NCBI GenBank assembly: GCA_964016885.1
Contig: OZ024740.1
Coordinates: forward strand, 70,370,001 to 70,434,000
Length of the DNA: 64,000 bases
Direction of reading: 5' to 3'
DNA from: Eledone cirrhosa
Taxonomy: Eukaryota
The notes beneath the pieces are model-generated. The model did not search any database and was not told the DNA's origin. It was given only the letters and a program-made list of their open reading frames with translations. Positions 61,171 through 64,000 of the stretch are shown piece after piece. The translations under genes and the position numbers were made by a program. Each line of letters begins with the position of its first letter. The stretch's first letter is position 1.

Positions 61171-63816
61171 ATTGTTGTTGCTTGCTACAGTGTTGCTACT
61201 GCTGCAATTTTTTTTTTTTTTTTTACATTTTCACCAGGGAGAGAAGGGTTGTACCCGTGGCCTTTTTCAATGTCTCCAAGACAGACGGATGAATGATTTA
61301 GGAAGGAAACTATCCACCAACTGGTGTTGTTACAATTGGCGACGAGTTAAGTTTACCATTCAAGTAAAAGCTACAATGGGATTCGAACTCAGAAAGCTCA
61401 GAACAACTGATGCTCTAACAATTCAGCTAATCAAACACCCCAGGATTAGTATTTTATTCTATTGATCACCTGGAAGCAAAATTTGAACTTGGTAGAATTT
61501 GAAGAGAGCCGGTATAAAAAAAAAACACAAAGCATTTTGTCCGACGCTCTGATTTTGGTGATCAGGATGAATGGTGATGCTTGGAAAGGGTATGCTTACA
61601 CCAAGTTAAAGTCTTGCAGGGTACCGGGCAATGTCTCGTATTTATTTTCACCCCTAAAAAAAAAAAAATTGATTTGCGTTTAATTTCAAGACGAGTTCTT
61701 GTAGATCTATCGACCACGTGTGATTTTTCTGATTGTTTATATTGTTCTATGTAAAATTTAAGAAAATGCATTTGTGTGTGTTTTCTCCACAATTAATCGA
61801 AGGGTTATTAAATTCGTGAAACCCACAATCTCTACAACCATTAATGGAAATTGTTTCTGAGAGAAAATCTATTCCTGTTAAAATTATATAAATTATTATT
61901 AAACCTTATTAGAAGATACCTTATTTTGTAGCACTCAGGGGGAATCCCAGGAAACCCCTATGAGGAAACACCGCAGTAGAGAGTAAAGGATAATTTCACT
62001 ACAAATTCTAACAGGTCTATCGACTACGTGTAGGTTCCTTCGTCAATTTGTACTGGTGTTGTTGATGTTGCAGTTAATGTTCTAATATAAGATTTGGAAG
62101 AATACATATAGTGATTATATTATGGAGTAAATTTCTTCTATGCGACAACAATACCACGAGATTAGCAACAAAAGCAACAATAACCACAACAACAGTAGCA
62201 ACTACAATAAAAACATCTTCACCACGTACATCAACTCCAACAATAACAACAATACCACCCGCCAACGTTGTAGTAGTGGTAGCAGCAGCAGCGGCAAAAT
62301 CAGTAGTAGTTGTAGTTGTAGCAGCAGCAGAATCAGTAGTAGTAGATGTAGTAGCAGCAATAATAACATCAACATCAACGATATCAACAATAGAAGTTTA
62401 GTTTAAGTTGCCACATCTAGTGGTAATAGAGAAGGTTTCGGCATATTTAATGTGTTTAAATGTTAACACGGTGTATGTGTATGTGATTGGGAGAGGGTGT
62501 TGATGAAAGGAAGGATGGAAAGACAGATTGATGGATAAATAGACTGATTAGATGGATAGATAGATAAATAGATGGATGGAAAGATAGATAGATAGATAAA
62601 TAGATGGATGGAAAGATAGATAGATAGATATCTTTCTTTATTTGCCACAGGGGCGTACAAAAATGGGACATTACAAGACGTGACGGCGGGGGTTTTACAT
62701 AAAAATAACTTTAACATTAATAACTAACAATAAACTATATAGATAACTTTCTTTTTATTTGCCACCAGGGCATCAAAGAATAAACTATATAGATAGATAG
62801 ATAGATAGATTAGATGGTCAGATAGATAAATAGATTAGATGGACAGATAGATAAATAGATGGATGGAAAGATAGATAGATAGATATATAGGTAGGTAGAT
62901 ATGACGATAGATAGCTCGATGAAAAGAGTATATGAACCGAAATACAATATTTTTCACAAGCGACAGAATATCTGGTCTGTACATTTGTGTTTGTATATTT
63001 GTTATACGTGCGGGAGGTTGTATATGTGGTGTGGTAAATAAATATAGACATATACACCACGTCCGAACACAATGGAGCCAAACTCCCCACTGTCACTGCC
63101 TCCGTCTCTCCCACTCCCACACCACCCTCTCACTATTATAAACAAATGGGGACCCACGCACTGGCCTCCCCGTGTCCCCGGCGGAGAGATGAAAGAAGGC
63201 GTTTCCCCGGAGGATGGTGAGGGAGACGCACTGGAACTGCCATTCCAGCTCTCGAGGCTCACACCTGCGGTTAGCCAACTCCGTCTCTACGGTGGTGAGT
63301 AGGGAGTGTATGTATAATAAACATTTATAGCCTCGCTGTGAGTACTTTATGCATGGGTCCATATAATCCAGGATTCTGAAGCAATATTAGGGGTGTCGCT
63401 ATTAAGATAGATAGACGTAGAACTAGTTGGAGTGGTAGATAGATAGATAGATATAGAAAAAAAGGTGGTAGAATTGACAAAATCAACATGAGATGAATGC
63501 TTTACATGTGTGTGTAAATACATGTGAACGTACTGGTCCAACAGCCTAAAAAACGAGTTCCGAACATTTATATCCAATACTCTCTCGAGCATGGGGAATT
63601 TAGGACACTGCCCTCCCTTTTCAAGGTGTAGTATACAGGGGCAGTGGAACTGGGGGAGGTGGTGCAAGCCCCCCCCCCCCAATAATTATATTTTTCTCCC
63701 CAAATTACGAAAATACCCACCCATCTATTTGATATGCGTTACAATTTATGTACATGTTATGTAGAGATAAACGGGAGAGATAGATATAGATATAGAGAGG
63801 TGGTAAATGATATAAA

Positions 63817-64000
63817 TTTCTATTTATTTGCCACCAGGGCATCAAAGATTGGGACAAATACAAAGGGGGGAGTTTACATACATTTAAAAAGACATGTAAA
63901 AAACATATAACAAATTAAATTTAACAATCGATGTCCTCAATAGGGAGGGGCGTTGACATGGGTCGCACACACCCCCGAAAAAATGTGCAACCCTCCGCTT
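63817..64000 (-). mobile_element. 3' end of the (GATA)n-associated non-LTR element, running off the window
   Basis: Aligns to 6287-6490 (TATTTGCCACCAGGGCATCAAA, CCTCAATAGGGAGG, GGGTCGCACACAC, TGTGCAACCCT). Confidence 0.6.

Overview
AT-rich, microsatellite-saturated eukaryotic DNA, most likely an octopus (coleoid cephalopod) genome; this is inferred from the SINE families and repeat texture. The one clear host gene is the first coding exon of a heparan sulfate 3-O-sulfotransferase (HS3ST2/3/4/6, Hs3st-B type) on the minus strand (60340-57762). It has an unusually long (~770 aa) low-complexity stem, and positions 1-57761 appear to be one intron. The intron holds two 5'-truncated Neptune-type Penelope-like elements, an R4/Dong-type LINE fragment, a non-autonomous Helitron, MITEs and many tRNA-derived SINEs. 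The main unexplained signal is a dense set of about 15 minimal type-I hammerhead ribozyme (HHR) motifs from many unrelated small elements, nearly all wedged between (TA)n tracts. They include a ~490-bp tandem/inverted retrozyme-like unit, two U3-A8 compensatory-core variants, long-stem-II variants and fold-back insertions, and most families have their own palindromic loop 3. All folding was done by eye and no database searches were run.
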